Below, one piece after another: positions 51,843 to 64,000 of a DNA stretch of 64,000 bases. The first letter of the stretch is position 1; each line of letters opens with the position of its first letter. The stretch lies in NCBI GenBank assembly GCA_900088475.1, contig FLMG01000570.1, positions 43 to 64,042 on the forward strand, in the 5' to 3' direction. Source of the DNA: Hyphochytrium catenoides (taxonomy: Eukaryota > Protista > Hyphochytriomycota). The notes below the pieces were generated by a model. That model searched no databases. It had not been told where the DNA came from and saw only the letters and a program-made list of their open reading frames with translations. The translations under genes were made by a program, and so were the position numbers.

Positions 51843-54800
51843 TTAGACTAGCAGGGTGTCCGCAAGGTGAACTACAATATCGATGCCTGAGTCCTCCTCA
51901 TGATAGAAGTGTGAGTTTTTGCCTACGATCCTATCATGAGCCTGTAGGCCATTGAACAAACAGTCCAGACGGCGCCAGGACAGCGTCTGCAGCGAGCCAT
52001 ACATCTCCCTCAAGGTGTCCCTGTCAGGATCATCTTCAAAAGTAGCTGTCAGATCATCCATTAATATCTGTCCTGAGGACCGATCACCCTCAGTTTGAAC
52101 AAGGTCAGGCAGGCCTTCGATGGCTCTGGAGCTGCCGCCTCCAGCTTGCCTAGCGCCAGGCTTGAGTTGATGGATGTTGGCGCCAAAAGTAGCTACGGCC
52201 CTTATGGCCTTGCTGATCTTCGACATGTTGGCATGTCGTGGGCTTCCAAATTTTGAAATGTCTTCGTCCATAGCTGCCCGATCTGCTGTGATGATACTTC
52301 TCTCAGATATGGTAGCCCGAGATTCCGTAAAGGTGAACTTGCTGCTGTCAGTGCCGACGGATGTCGGGCTGAACGTGGCGTTAGGGGTCTCCACCTGGTC
52401 CTTCTGCTGTGAGAGAAAAGTGTTCAAGATCGTGAACGTCTCTCTCAGTATGGGCGCATTAGATGTGGAAGCCAGCGTGATGTGGGGGTAAGTTGGCGAT
52501 GTCTCCGTGCTGATTAAATCGTTCTGGTACGGGTTATAGACCCTAATAGCGGCTGTGTTATAAGGGACCTGCAGCAACATATAAGTCCAGGGAAGTGCCG
52601 TAACGGGATCATCTAGAGGGAACCCAACCTAGCAGAGAACAGAAGAGAAGGAAGCTGCAACAGGACAGCACGATGCTACTAGCGGCAGTAGACTTCAGGA
52701 CTTACTTGAAGGTCGTGAAAGATATTGGCGTATAGCGTCCGAGCTGCAAACTTGCCCAGTCCAGCTATAAAAGCCCCTCGAGTCAAGCACAGTAGCGTGC
52801 AAGGGTATTCAGGACTCGGGCGGCTAGCAAGGCAGCGGCTCGTCAGTAGTGCTCTTGCAGCCAACGATATCGTCGAGATAAAGTCATAAAAGTCACTGTC
52901 GTCCGCTACCTCAAGTCAAGCTCAACCAAGTGAAAACTATTGAAGGTTACAACGTGCGTACCTTTCTCCTTTTACTAACCGATCATCTTGAAGGCCTGAC
53001 TCTGCAGACAGCCGGTTCGATAGCGCGCTCTCGGAGCTAACTCGTGCCTCAGCGCCTACCTGTGTACCTTCCACGACCTGATCCAACTTAGGGTTGTTTT
53101 GGTCCAAACTTTTGCCGAGAACGTCGACGCCAGCATTTTCTAATGCAGGGAGCCAAAAGTCAATGATTCGCCGGTCGGCGCAACGAAACATATGGGCGGC
53201 ATTATCGGCATGCAGCTCCATCAGCGTCACATTCTCCAATTCTTCTATCACACAAACAGCACCCTGCTGGATCTTTAAGAGTTTGACTGGCATGGCTCCT
53301 CCATCTGATTCATAGATAAGGAGAAGGCTAGTCCCGTCGTGCAAAAGAAGCATGCAATAGTACGGTAGAAACCCAGAGCCCACACCAGCCCTTCGCATCT
53401 CTAGCCAGGTTGCCACCGCCGCCCAGCCGGAAGCAGCTACATCCGTAACCGAATTAGTGTCAACCTGCTGAAGGTTTACCGGGTCTACCAGCCTATGAGG
53501 AGATGGCGTAAGCGATTCAAAGTCGACTCCAGTTCAAATCTACTCCATACCTATACATTGCGAAGCCATCTACGAAGACTGCTGTGCCATCAACTGCGGG
53601 GGATATCTCCCAGGCGTCTAGGAGCTGCTGCCCTCTGAGCACACCTTCAGTTCTTGTACCGACCCAGCCCGCTCTGACTGCCCACGCTACGAAGTCCTTA
53701 CCTACAGAAGGCGAAAGTGAAAGCAAGAGGTGAGATTTGCAGATAAAGGGTACAGGTTGGTCTCGTGCTCAATGCCCGGACAATATAATTCTTTTGAAAC
53801 TCGCCTGTAAAGTGCTCCTTGGAGTTGACCTTAATTGATTTAGACTTCTGTAGCATAATTTGCTCTCGCAGATCAGCTACCATCTGAGATACAAGCGTTT
53901 GCTGGACTTCCGACAAGCACAAAAAATCCTTTCTCTGTTCAAAGACATTGCCGCTAAGGCGCTCATGTACTTCAGCGAAGATTCCGGCTTTGCTGATTCT
54001 ACCCGAATGCTGGATTTGTTCTGAGCCCTGGCGCTGAACCCCCGTGGCCGCGGCGCCTGGCCCGCTCTTATAAATGGCGGGGGTGGACCGCAAGAAGTCG
54101 TGCCGCGTCAGTTCCACTGTTTCGGGGCTGGCGGTGTCATTCAAAACTAACTGTTCTCCAGTCCTGCCCATAAGGTGGTGGTTAGGACCAAGGCGTCTCG
54201 GCGCATAAAGGAGGTTGCTCTGTCTTCTTAGGCCGCTGCATCCCTGCACTTACACACTATAACACCTGTACGGGCCGTTGATGTCCCTAAAACACTCCAT
54301 CACAGGCTTCCGGTCCAGTTCTAAGCTCTCGTCATTTCGTTAAGCTAGCTACAGTTACCTGTCGAACAGCTGACCGGCCACAGTGTTGAACACCTTGTTT
54401 ACGATACTGGTCGAGGGTCGTCGGACGCCCATATGAGGGGAAGCAAAAGTGACAAAGTTCTACAGAGGAAGAAGTACAGTGTAGCAAAGAAAAGGAAGAA
54501 GTACAGTGTAGCAAAGAGAAGGGTTAGGAGGTTCGTCACCCATGAGCCTAAGGAGCTTTTTCAAACGTATTGGTACGTAGAAGAACTTACCATTGGCTCA
54601 TACTTAGTGAAGAAGCCCTTGGAATAGAGCACCCCAATGGCATAACGGGAGTATAGCCCTCCTAGTGAGTGCGCGATGATAGAAATCTTCCGCAGCTTGG
54701 GTAAAGTCGCAGCCACCTCTTCCACCTCCTGGGCTAACCTTTTACCCCCGAAGTCTATGCCATCGTGGGTGGTCGTATACTTCCCTGTATTGCAGGACGT

Positions 54801-55993
54801 GGCATGGACGAAGATAGCTGGAATTCAGGAGGTCAAAAAGGAGAAGGAGGAGCTTCAGGCAGCCGCTGTGGGGATTCAAGACATTCATGGCGGCGTACGT
54901 TCTTCTTGAAACGACCGCAGGAGATGCCACTTGAGATAAGTGAAGTCTCGTTCATTTCCATGAAGCCCGTGCTGCAGAACAACCAGATGCTCGGCCTCTT
55001 CAGGCAGGCTGAGGTTATGGCACACAGGCAGAAGGAAAATCAGCGGTACTCTGGGTCGTTGAAAGGTAAGATATAGCGTACCACCCATGGAAGGTAGCCT
55101 GAACCTCTACGTCCTGGTATGCATCGGTATCGGGCAAACTCTCGGCCAAGATCTCGGCACTGTCAGCAGGACTGACAAGATTGCAGTTGACCGCTCGCAC
55201 ATGGTTATCTAAGGGGTTTCTCAGTGAAGGATCTGCATCTGAAGCAAAGGAAGTCAGGAACACCATTGTTCGGTTGTGAGGTTAGACCTTTGCCTTCAGG
55301 ATTTTTTGATCGTTGAGTTGACGAAAGCTCTTCTACTTCTGGTGTCTCTTTGGTATTCGCTGGCTTACCCTTCTTAGTGAAACTCGAGAGGAGGCTAAGA
55401 CCCTTAGTGATGGGCCACAGGTCATTTCCTCCGTTTCCATCCTGTCCATTGGGCACGTCTTTATTTTCTTCTTCTACATCGACTGTCTCAGGGGCCTTCT
55501 TCACGTCAGGCGAGGAACCCAAACCGTCTGAGCTCGCACTCTCCCTCTCTGAAGTAGACGTCTTGCTGCAGAGAAACGGTCCTGTTCAGTGTCAAGCTGG
55601 TGTCAGACAAGAGGGGTGGTCTCTTATTACCCTTGAGCTTTAGAAACTCGAAATGGCCATCGACTGCTTAGACTGGTCAGGCTACCTTGGTCTCTCCCCC
55701 AGTCAGCTTCCCTTGTGGTCCGGAGAACATCTGGATTCTGTCTTCGAAGACTCAAGTATGCCAGGAACTCATTCTCAGCCGATTGAGAGAAGTGGAAAAA
55801 GTTATCAAGAGTCTCCAGCAGCTCTGTCTTCTGCAAATGTTTGACAGTGTGTATGGCTCTCGAAGAAAAGCCTAAAACCATGACAGTGATGGGGCGGATT
55901 GGCGGAATGAGTGAAGGTTGAAGCCATTTTAGCATCAACAGAGTCCACACCTTCGGTAGGGGGTTCAGGTTTAGCAGGAGTCGGACTCTCCAT
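51843..55993 (-). CDS. DUF676/ROG1-like serine lipase (alpha/beta hydrolase) with inserted DEP and PH-like domains
   Basis: HLVVLQHGLHG, THDGIDFGGKRLA, ISIIAHSLGGLYSRYAI, NFVTFASPHMG, RTGEQLVLND, then DEP and PH-like segments, then FAARTLYANIFHDLQVPYNTAAI and LSWRRLD...AHDRI. Confidence 0.85.
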
Positions 55994-57700
55994 TGCTGAA
56001 AACCGGCTGGTAGTGCTTCGCGCAGGAAATTCAGCTCTCCAAAGCCGTTATTTAGGCCCCGGACCCACCATTCTTTCGTTATCACCACCTACACAGAACA
56101 TCCTTGACGCTACCCACTATCAATGTTCAAGAGTTCCATCCTCACGCTAGCACGTAGCACTGGCCGCCGATTGAAGAGTTGACCCAGTAAGGCGGTAGCC
56201 TTCGAGCGACACTGTCGAGCGTCTGTCTTATATGTCACGCCTTTAGTTCATGGTGCTGCAGAGCTCTCCTTGCCCGAGGCAGCCTCTATCCTCAGAACCC
56301 AGCAGCACCACCTAAAGGCACGCCACCAACAAGCATCATCATCATCAGGATCATGGGCTTTGCGCTTTGCGCCCTAAAGAAGAGTCAGGGAAATCAAGTT
56401 GCAGTGTCTTTTGTGTGATGACATAAATACAGTTACCGGCCTTACTGCCCGTTACCAGTTAGCTCATGGGCGGAAGGAAGGCTGTGTAACGGACAGAGGC
56501 CGAAGCTGATCCAACAGCGTCACGTCGAGGAACTGGAGCAGCCTCTGGAACTTTGCTGGTCCTTGGTTGTCTGATCCTCTATAGTTATAAGGCGCCTAGG
56601 ATCTTGGTGGATCTTCGATTATCGAGGCCAGATGGGTCTAGTGCTAGTAGATCACCCTCATTCATTCTCCTCAGGGTGCGTTCGAATGATTGGGTTGACA
56701 CAGTCCTGCCTCCGTTTGCAAAGAATACTACCCCTCCGTGTCTCTGAGCAGAGTTAGAACGATGTGCTTGAGTAAACAGTGCCTTACTGTTCAACCCAAG
56801 GGCAAGCTCCCACGAGGGAGGTTCAGAAGAGCGACACTTGTTATCGAAAGGAATTACGCTACAGAAGAAGGTTTCTATATATATTTATAGCGAGATGTCC
56901 TTCCTTCTGCGGCAATCCATCCCGGCTTGAGAGTCGATGTTTTTGAGATACCAAGCTGAAGAAGTATGAGGCTCGGTTTAAAGCTGTAGGGCTGCACTTT
57001 TTCCCCCCTAGTTCTAGAGTCTTTTGTCCCGCTAGCTTCAATGTGATCGTTCTTCATGTGATGCTTCTCGGCATCATGGTCATTAGTCTCGCTTAATGAT
57101 GGGTTTAAGGCTTCATACTAGAATCTCCTTTTTCCATCCATGGAGTAGATTCTCTTCAGATGTTGAAGCGTAAGCGTATTCCTCTTCAGCAGTTTTACCC
57201 TCTCTTGGTTGCCTGATCTAGTGTGCTGATGGCCTTGGTGCCTGTTCTTCCCCCTTCTCCTGTTGTTGTTGCCGAGGCAATCAACCTTGATTATTACTAG
57301 ACAGATATGATGGTGAAGGAGAGAGAGTGGAAGAGACCAAGACTAGGTAGCTCTTGCCTGTTCCTCTGGTAGTGGTAATTCGTTATAAGAAAAGTAAAGA
57401 TTGATATGACTGTACAATCCTTCCCCAGTGCCAGTACGAAGTATAACCTTTCCCTAAGGCACACTGCCAGAGCTACCACGTCAGAGACTCTAATTGTAAA
57501 CGTATCTGATAGCCTTCGACTGGAACTAGGTCAACCTCAGACAACCCATAACATAGGGCTTGGCAATCATCTATATTCCTTGCCTTATAACTTAATGCTA
57601 CAGGGCTACCTCGTGATGGTCCAGAGAGACTTGTCTAGCAAGTCCGCGGACAGACCGAGCAATCTGTAATAAGGTTGAAAGGAGCCTGACATGGGGCCTG

Positions 57701-59348
<1,648 letters not shown>

Positions 59349-60336
59349 TTGTCGGAGCGCAGGTGAGACTGCTTTCAGCTGGGCTGGGTGGTGATTTTGT
59401 GGAGCGTATCGGGTGGAGCTCTAAGAGGTTGATTGAGCGGTCAACTCCTCTATCTAGGAGCCTCGCATTGGTCCCTACGAGGTAGCTTCCATAGACCGAC
59501 CCTAGGTAGCCTAATGCAAGGCTCAGCAGAGCAGGTGATCATATACCATTGGTGCCTCCAAAGTCGGAGATCTTCGCAACTTGGCTGAAGGTTTTCCTAG
59601 ATTAAGATGCACTATTGATGCTTGGCTGAGTTCCTTAGCTTGATGCGCGTGAAGACGCTTGCACTTGTCTCACAAGCGTTCAGTAGCGCCGTCGTACCAA
59701 GGACAGAAATGGCCGCCGAGGTTATGGAGTCAGTTGTCCTTGACCGGAACCTTCTAACAAAAGTTTATGGAGCTTGAGGCCTGGTCTCTCCTGAAGGTCC
59801 TCCCGTAGTTCAGAACAAACAAGCCACCTTCAAGAGAGCGTGTTGACGCGAGGAGAAGGGAGAGTAGATGAGTGATGATAAAGAGAGAAGAAAGAAAGTG
59901 CCGCTTGATGTTCCAATAATCATAGAGACGAACAACAAAGACACAGCAACTTCAGGGGTTGATCTGAGGGGCAAGGCTTGTGTTGATATACTGTACCTGT
60001 GCTCACACATTATTGCCCTACTTTTGAGAGTGGAAAGCTTCAACAGCAACCAGGCTCAGAGCTTTGGCTGTGTCTATCAGTGCTCTACCACTGCAAGAGC
60101 TCGCTCCTTACGCTTCTGCAAGCCCAAGTAAGCTCCACTTTGCCTTTGCGTCGGTTGAAAGTTCTTTTCTAAGGGGGAGGGTCAAGAGTTCACTATCTTC
60201 AAAGCCTCCATAGAAGTGGTCTGGGCAGCACGCTTGGAGCTCATGGTTCACTGTCTCACCTGGATCTGATTGCTAGAGTTTCCTATTGGTAAAGTGCCTG
60301 TGACTTGAGGAGTGTTCTAGCACTCCACCCAGTGCC

Positions 60337-62367
60337 ATGTCCTGGAAGGCACTAGCTTGGGGTTCCCAGCCCACGACCGGGAACGATGGCACTGATGGCG
60401 TTGGTCAGAAAGGAGAGATAGCCTCTGACAGGTATGGACGAATGAATGCTCCTACGTTTGTGGGTTGAAAGCCTTAGTCGTGCCATTACCAAGCAGACCT
60501 GCAGATGGCACTTCCAACGTTTCAGGTATGACTGAGACTTCTATTAGGATGCCTGCTGTCTGACGTTGTACTCATATCATGACTCAGTGGCCTCACTTCC
60601 AAAGTCACTCACGGAGAAGGTCTATGAAGTGCTTAAGTTCCTGAAAGATGTGCCCATGCACAAACCTGTGGGGGCGGAGGAGATACTCACCGGAATTGGC
60701 ATTGTAAGTGTACGGCGGAGCAGACTGCAGGCAAGCCCCATTAAGACGTTGACATGTTCACATTGTTCTTTTCTCACAGAATATTAACAATGATGCGGAG
60801 CTTCAGAAGAGGCTCCAGGAGAACCCAAAGGTTGTCTTTGCGAGTAACATGTATGCATATCAGGTAGCAACTATTCCTCTTTGAACACCCTTGTACTAGG
60901 CAATAAGAGTCTATCTTGCGTTCACTTGCAGGCTAAATATGATGTGAAGAATGTTCATCAGCTTCTCCAAGTGATAGAGAAGGTGAATGGTCGCTGGCCT
61001 CAGTCGCCGTATCTAAGGAGCTAATGTCTGCATGATTGTAGAATGGCAATGGTCTGCCTATGAAAGACTTGGAAGACTGTTATGTGGGCATTGACCAGGA
61101 TATCCGAGTAAGTAGATATACTAGCTGGCATCATACTTTAATCAGCTAAACTTTCCCTTTAGAGCTTGCTTCAAGAGGGCAGTATCATTGCTGTGAGGAC
61201 CGACTCCGGTGGCAGTGGGGAGCTCATCCTCTATCCACGAGGGCCAAAGTAAGCTTAACTGATGCATCTAGAGCTTTTTTGCGTCCATCGTGGTCATTGG
61301 CGTTATTATAGGTTTCTTTCGCAGCTTAGTGGCACGTTGTCCGTGGAGCCTGGTAGCAACATGAGTAAGACCACGTGCGATCTCACAACAGAAGTCAGAA
61401 GAGGAGACGCCATCATGGTGATCTGGCAGCCTTTGGTACCTTATGTTTCTCGCTTCCTTGCTCATAGCGGCATGTTGTAGGTGGGCGAAAAATGGTTTCG
61501 TGTGTCACTGGCGCAGAAAGGCAGTCAGGTGGGTACCGTCCTAGGAGGTAATGATGCTTAGGGCTCAATCCTTTATGCTTTTAGGCTGAGCCGGGTCCCT
61601 CCATGACTCAGAGAAAGCTTGTGAACTCTAAAAAGTCAAAGTAAGACCTATAGAGTGTGTCATTTGAGTCCATTTGGCAAACTAACAGGGCTTATTTAGG
61701 TTCATCCATAACTTTGACGAGCAAAACCTGCCCCTAGATAATGTTTGGTCTTCTGGAGGTGGTGAGGTAAGAGTACTATAGTGATAACATCATGCCAAAC
61801 CCTCTTTAGGCACTTGACACTAATGGTGGTGATAGGATGGTCCGCTCTCGGGTCTAACAGCATTCAAGTTCGGTAAGTAGTAGCCATTGTTACCTGACAC
61901 CTGCAGGCAACTCAAGAATACTGTTCCAAAGGTTGTACCAATGACTTAAGACAGTTGTGGGAGGACACCCTAGAGGGCTGGCCTCAAGACAGGTGCGAAA
62001 GCCCACTTTGGATTTTCCTTCCACGGCTTAAAAAGTGTCCTCATTATTGTGCTGTCCCAACATCAGAGCCACTCTCGAGGAGCAAATGGTACGGGCAGGT
62101 CTGACTTCTCAAGATGCTGTCAGTGTGCGACGACCAGTTCGAAAGGTAAGTGACCCGCAAGGAAGTCTAGGTCTTTGGAAGAAGGTTGACTGCCTCGCCA
62201 CCTAGATGCGGAAGGATCCAGTGCGAAGGAACCAGAAGCAGAAGGGACAACGGAATATCAAACTCAGCAACGCTCATCTAATAGGGACAGAGCTTGGAAA
62301 CCTTTTACAGTCTGGCGCGGATGGGGGCCATAGTCTGGGAGCAGCCCGCTTTGAGAAGCGGTCATAG
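60337..62367 (+). CDS. GTF2E2: general transcription factor TFIIE subunit beta (~14 introns)
   Basis: Winged-helix segment VYEVLKFLK...LQKRLQENPKV...YAYQAKYDVKNVHQLL, then GLPMKDLEDCY..I..DI..L, ILYPR, DLRQLW and a basic C-terminus with KLSNAHL. Confidence 0.8.
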
Positions 62368-62462
62368 GGATGGCACTATCCTCAACAGGCTGAACTGGTG
62401 TATCATATGTAGATAGACGGTTTATAAATAACTTAAGAGGTATTGGCAAGGCCAGGCATGTG

Positions 62463-63343
62463 CTACTTTGTAGATGCAGGCCTTGACGTGCACCCCCACT
62501 GCTCCATCTGCGCTTCCTGGAGCTGCCTAACCTTGCGCTCCTCTCGTTTGTGCGCTCTTGTGGCGTTTAGCTCATCCGCGTAGCGCCCTTGTAGGCTGTG
62601 GTACTTGCCGCTGCTTGTGAGCTGATGAGAAACCTCTTGGCAATGTCGCTTTCTTTCTTGTTCTTGCTCGAGAAACTAAGCAGACAGAGTAATGTAGGTA
62701 TTCCATATAAACGCGCAGGTGAATATCAGGTTCTAACGAGATCCTCACCTTGCTTCGGGCCAAGGATGGGCTAAATGTGGAATTGAGGTCGAAGGTCTTT
62801 TCCATAAGATCCGGATGGACCGGCATCTCCAGGCGACCCAAGGCGCTCGGACGCTGTAGGGGAGAAATTATGTAGAGTACAGGGTTATTTCTACGGAAGA
62901 TCGCCCTCTCTCTATAATCTACAGCATACCTTATGTGGTTCCTGGTTCCTTTGCGACTCAAGCACGACCTGGAACTTCGTCTTTTTCAAAGTTGGCATTG
63001 GCTGCTTTGGCGGGAGAACTTCCGCCCTGTAGTTGTAAGCATATAAGGGGCTGTCATATGCTCCGATTGCCTTCTTTTCCCGCAGACACAGTTGCCTGGC
63101 TCCCGTGCTGTTATCCCAGTCCTTCTGCCTCAGACCCAACAAATCGGGCCTGGACGCCCGCTGGACACTCTTTTTGATTGCTAGCTTTTCTGACGGAATG
63201 CTCTCACGGTGAAAGACATGCTCCTTGGCAGAGTAGTTCACGTCACTTTTTATACTCCCGACCTGCAGCTTAGCTTTCAGATAGGTATGCGTTTCAGTGG
63301 TACCTCGGCCATCCGCCTCTTGGCCGTCCACTCTGCGTGACAT
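62463..63343 (-). CDS. hypothetical basic protein, 3 exons
   Basis: An ATG at 63343 and phase-0 GT-AG introns join three open exons ending RPASTK*. Confidence 0.65.
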
Positions 63344-64000
63344 AGCCCTCACGTGACAGGGCCTCACCCTCTGAGGTCACACTGCTTCCCGTGGAACCTA
63401 TTCGAGTGTTGATGACTACCAGCAGTCCGACAAGGATGGACTGTAGACTCTACTAAAGTACTCCGAGCCTTGGGCAGCATTCGCTTGACATGCCAATGCT
63501 CTACGCTGCTCGCTCTTGTTCTAAAGGAGGCCTCAAGTTTCAGTGCTCACTTTAGCGAGCTTGATCGCGGAGAACTCCAGCAATCTGACTACTATTTATC
63601 GCCATCCTGTAGGGCTTCAGTAGAACTATGTAACAGCAGATGAAGCTGGCTCAGCAAGCTGAGTGCATGAAGGGTAAAACTCAAGGTAGTCCTGAGAGTA
63701 GTAGGCAGAACCATGATAACGCGAAATAGGGGGAAAGGAAACGACAATTACAGAACCCCCCTGGGAGCATAGGCCGACAAATGTCGTTTTGAAACTGTGT
63801 ACGGATTCAATGAGCCAGGAAGGGACTAGGAAAATAAAGCGCGCGAAAGCACTAGGAACTACCTTTATTGTACGAGTACAAGTGCGCCAGGGCGGTGCAA
63901 ATTGTGCCACGGGGATTTTGACGTGTTTGGGGACCATGCGATGGTCTGCCTTAATTTAGCCCGTCGATGTATGACGGTACGTCATGACGGCTTGCGGGAC

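Noticed and set aside
56450-57690. Short ORFs between the lipase and UXS as a gene or transposon relic
   Set aside because: No domain motifs, terminal repeats or consistent splice chain.
59400-60300. Splice-like signals between UXS and TFIIE-beta
   Set aside because: All frames close quickly; at most a UTR intron or non-coding transcript.
63626-63990. Minus-strand ORF at the window edge
   Set aside because: Possibly the 3' end of a gene outside the window, but the frame is ambiguous.

Overview
Gene-dense eukaryotic nuclear DNA with many short (mostly ~50-120 nt) GT-AG introns carrying CTRAC-like branch points, and four small N gaps. The gene content (CFAP45, ubiquitin-like PI4K type II, TFIIE-beta with a large insert) fits a flagellated protist, most plausibly a stramenopile (inference). 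Hand-splicing gives about 20 protein-coding genes: an Arc1/AIMP1-type tRNA-binding protein, NOB1, a membrane-anchored GNAT, a tandem tetraspanin, a NadD-like adenylyltransferase, UBL-PI4K, NSF, a two-repeat cyclic-nucleotide-domain K+ channel, CFAP45, RING1, OCRL/INPP5B, RCC1-BTB-BTB, a DUF676 lipase, UXS, TFIIE-beta and several hypotheticals. I found no rRNA, tRNA, CRISPR array or recognisable transposon. The most interesting signals are unusual protein architectures: a covalent two-repeat K+ channel with unlike halves, a DUF676 lipase split by a DEP+PH module (with a GC-AG intron), an 8-TM double tetraspanin and a membrane-anchored RCC1-BTB adaptor. There is also a reading-frame conflict at a slippery-like site in OCRL and an intergenic 35-bp repeat array. 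All gene models were spliced by eye and family calls come from recalled motifs; no database searches were run.
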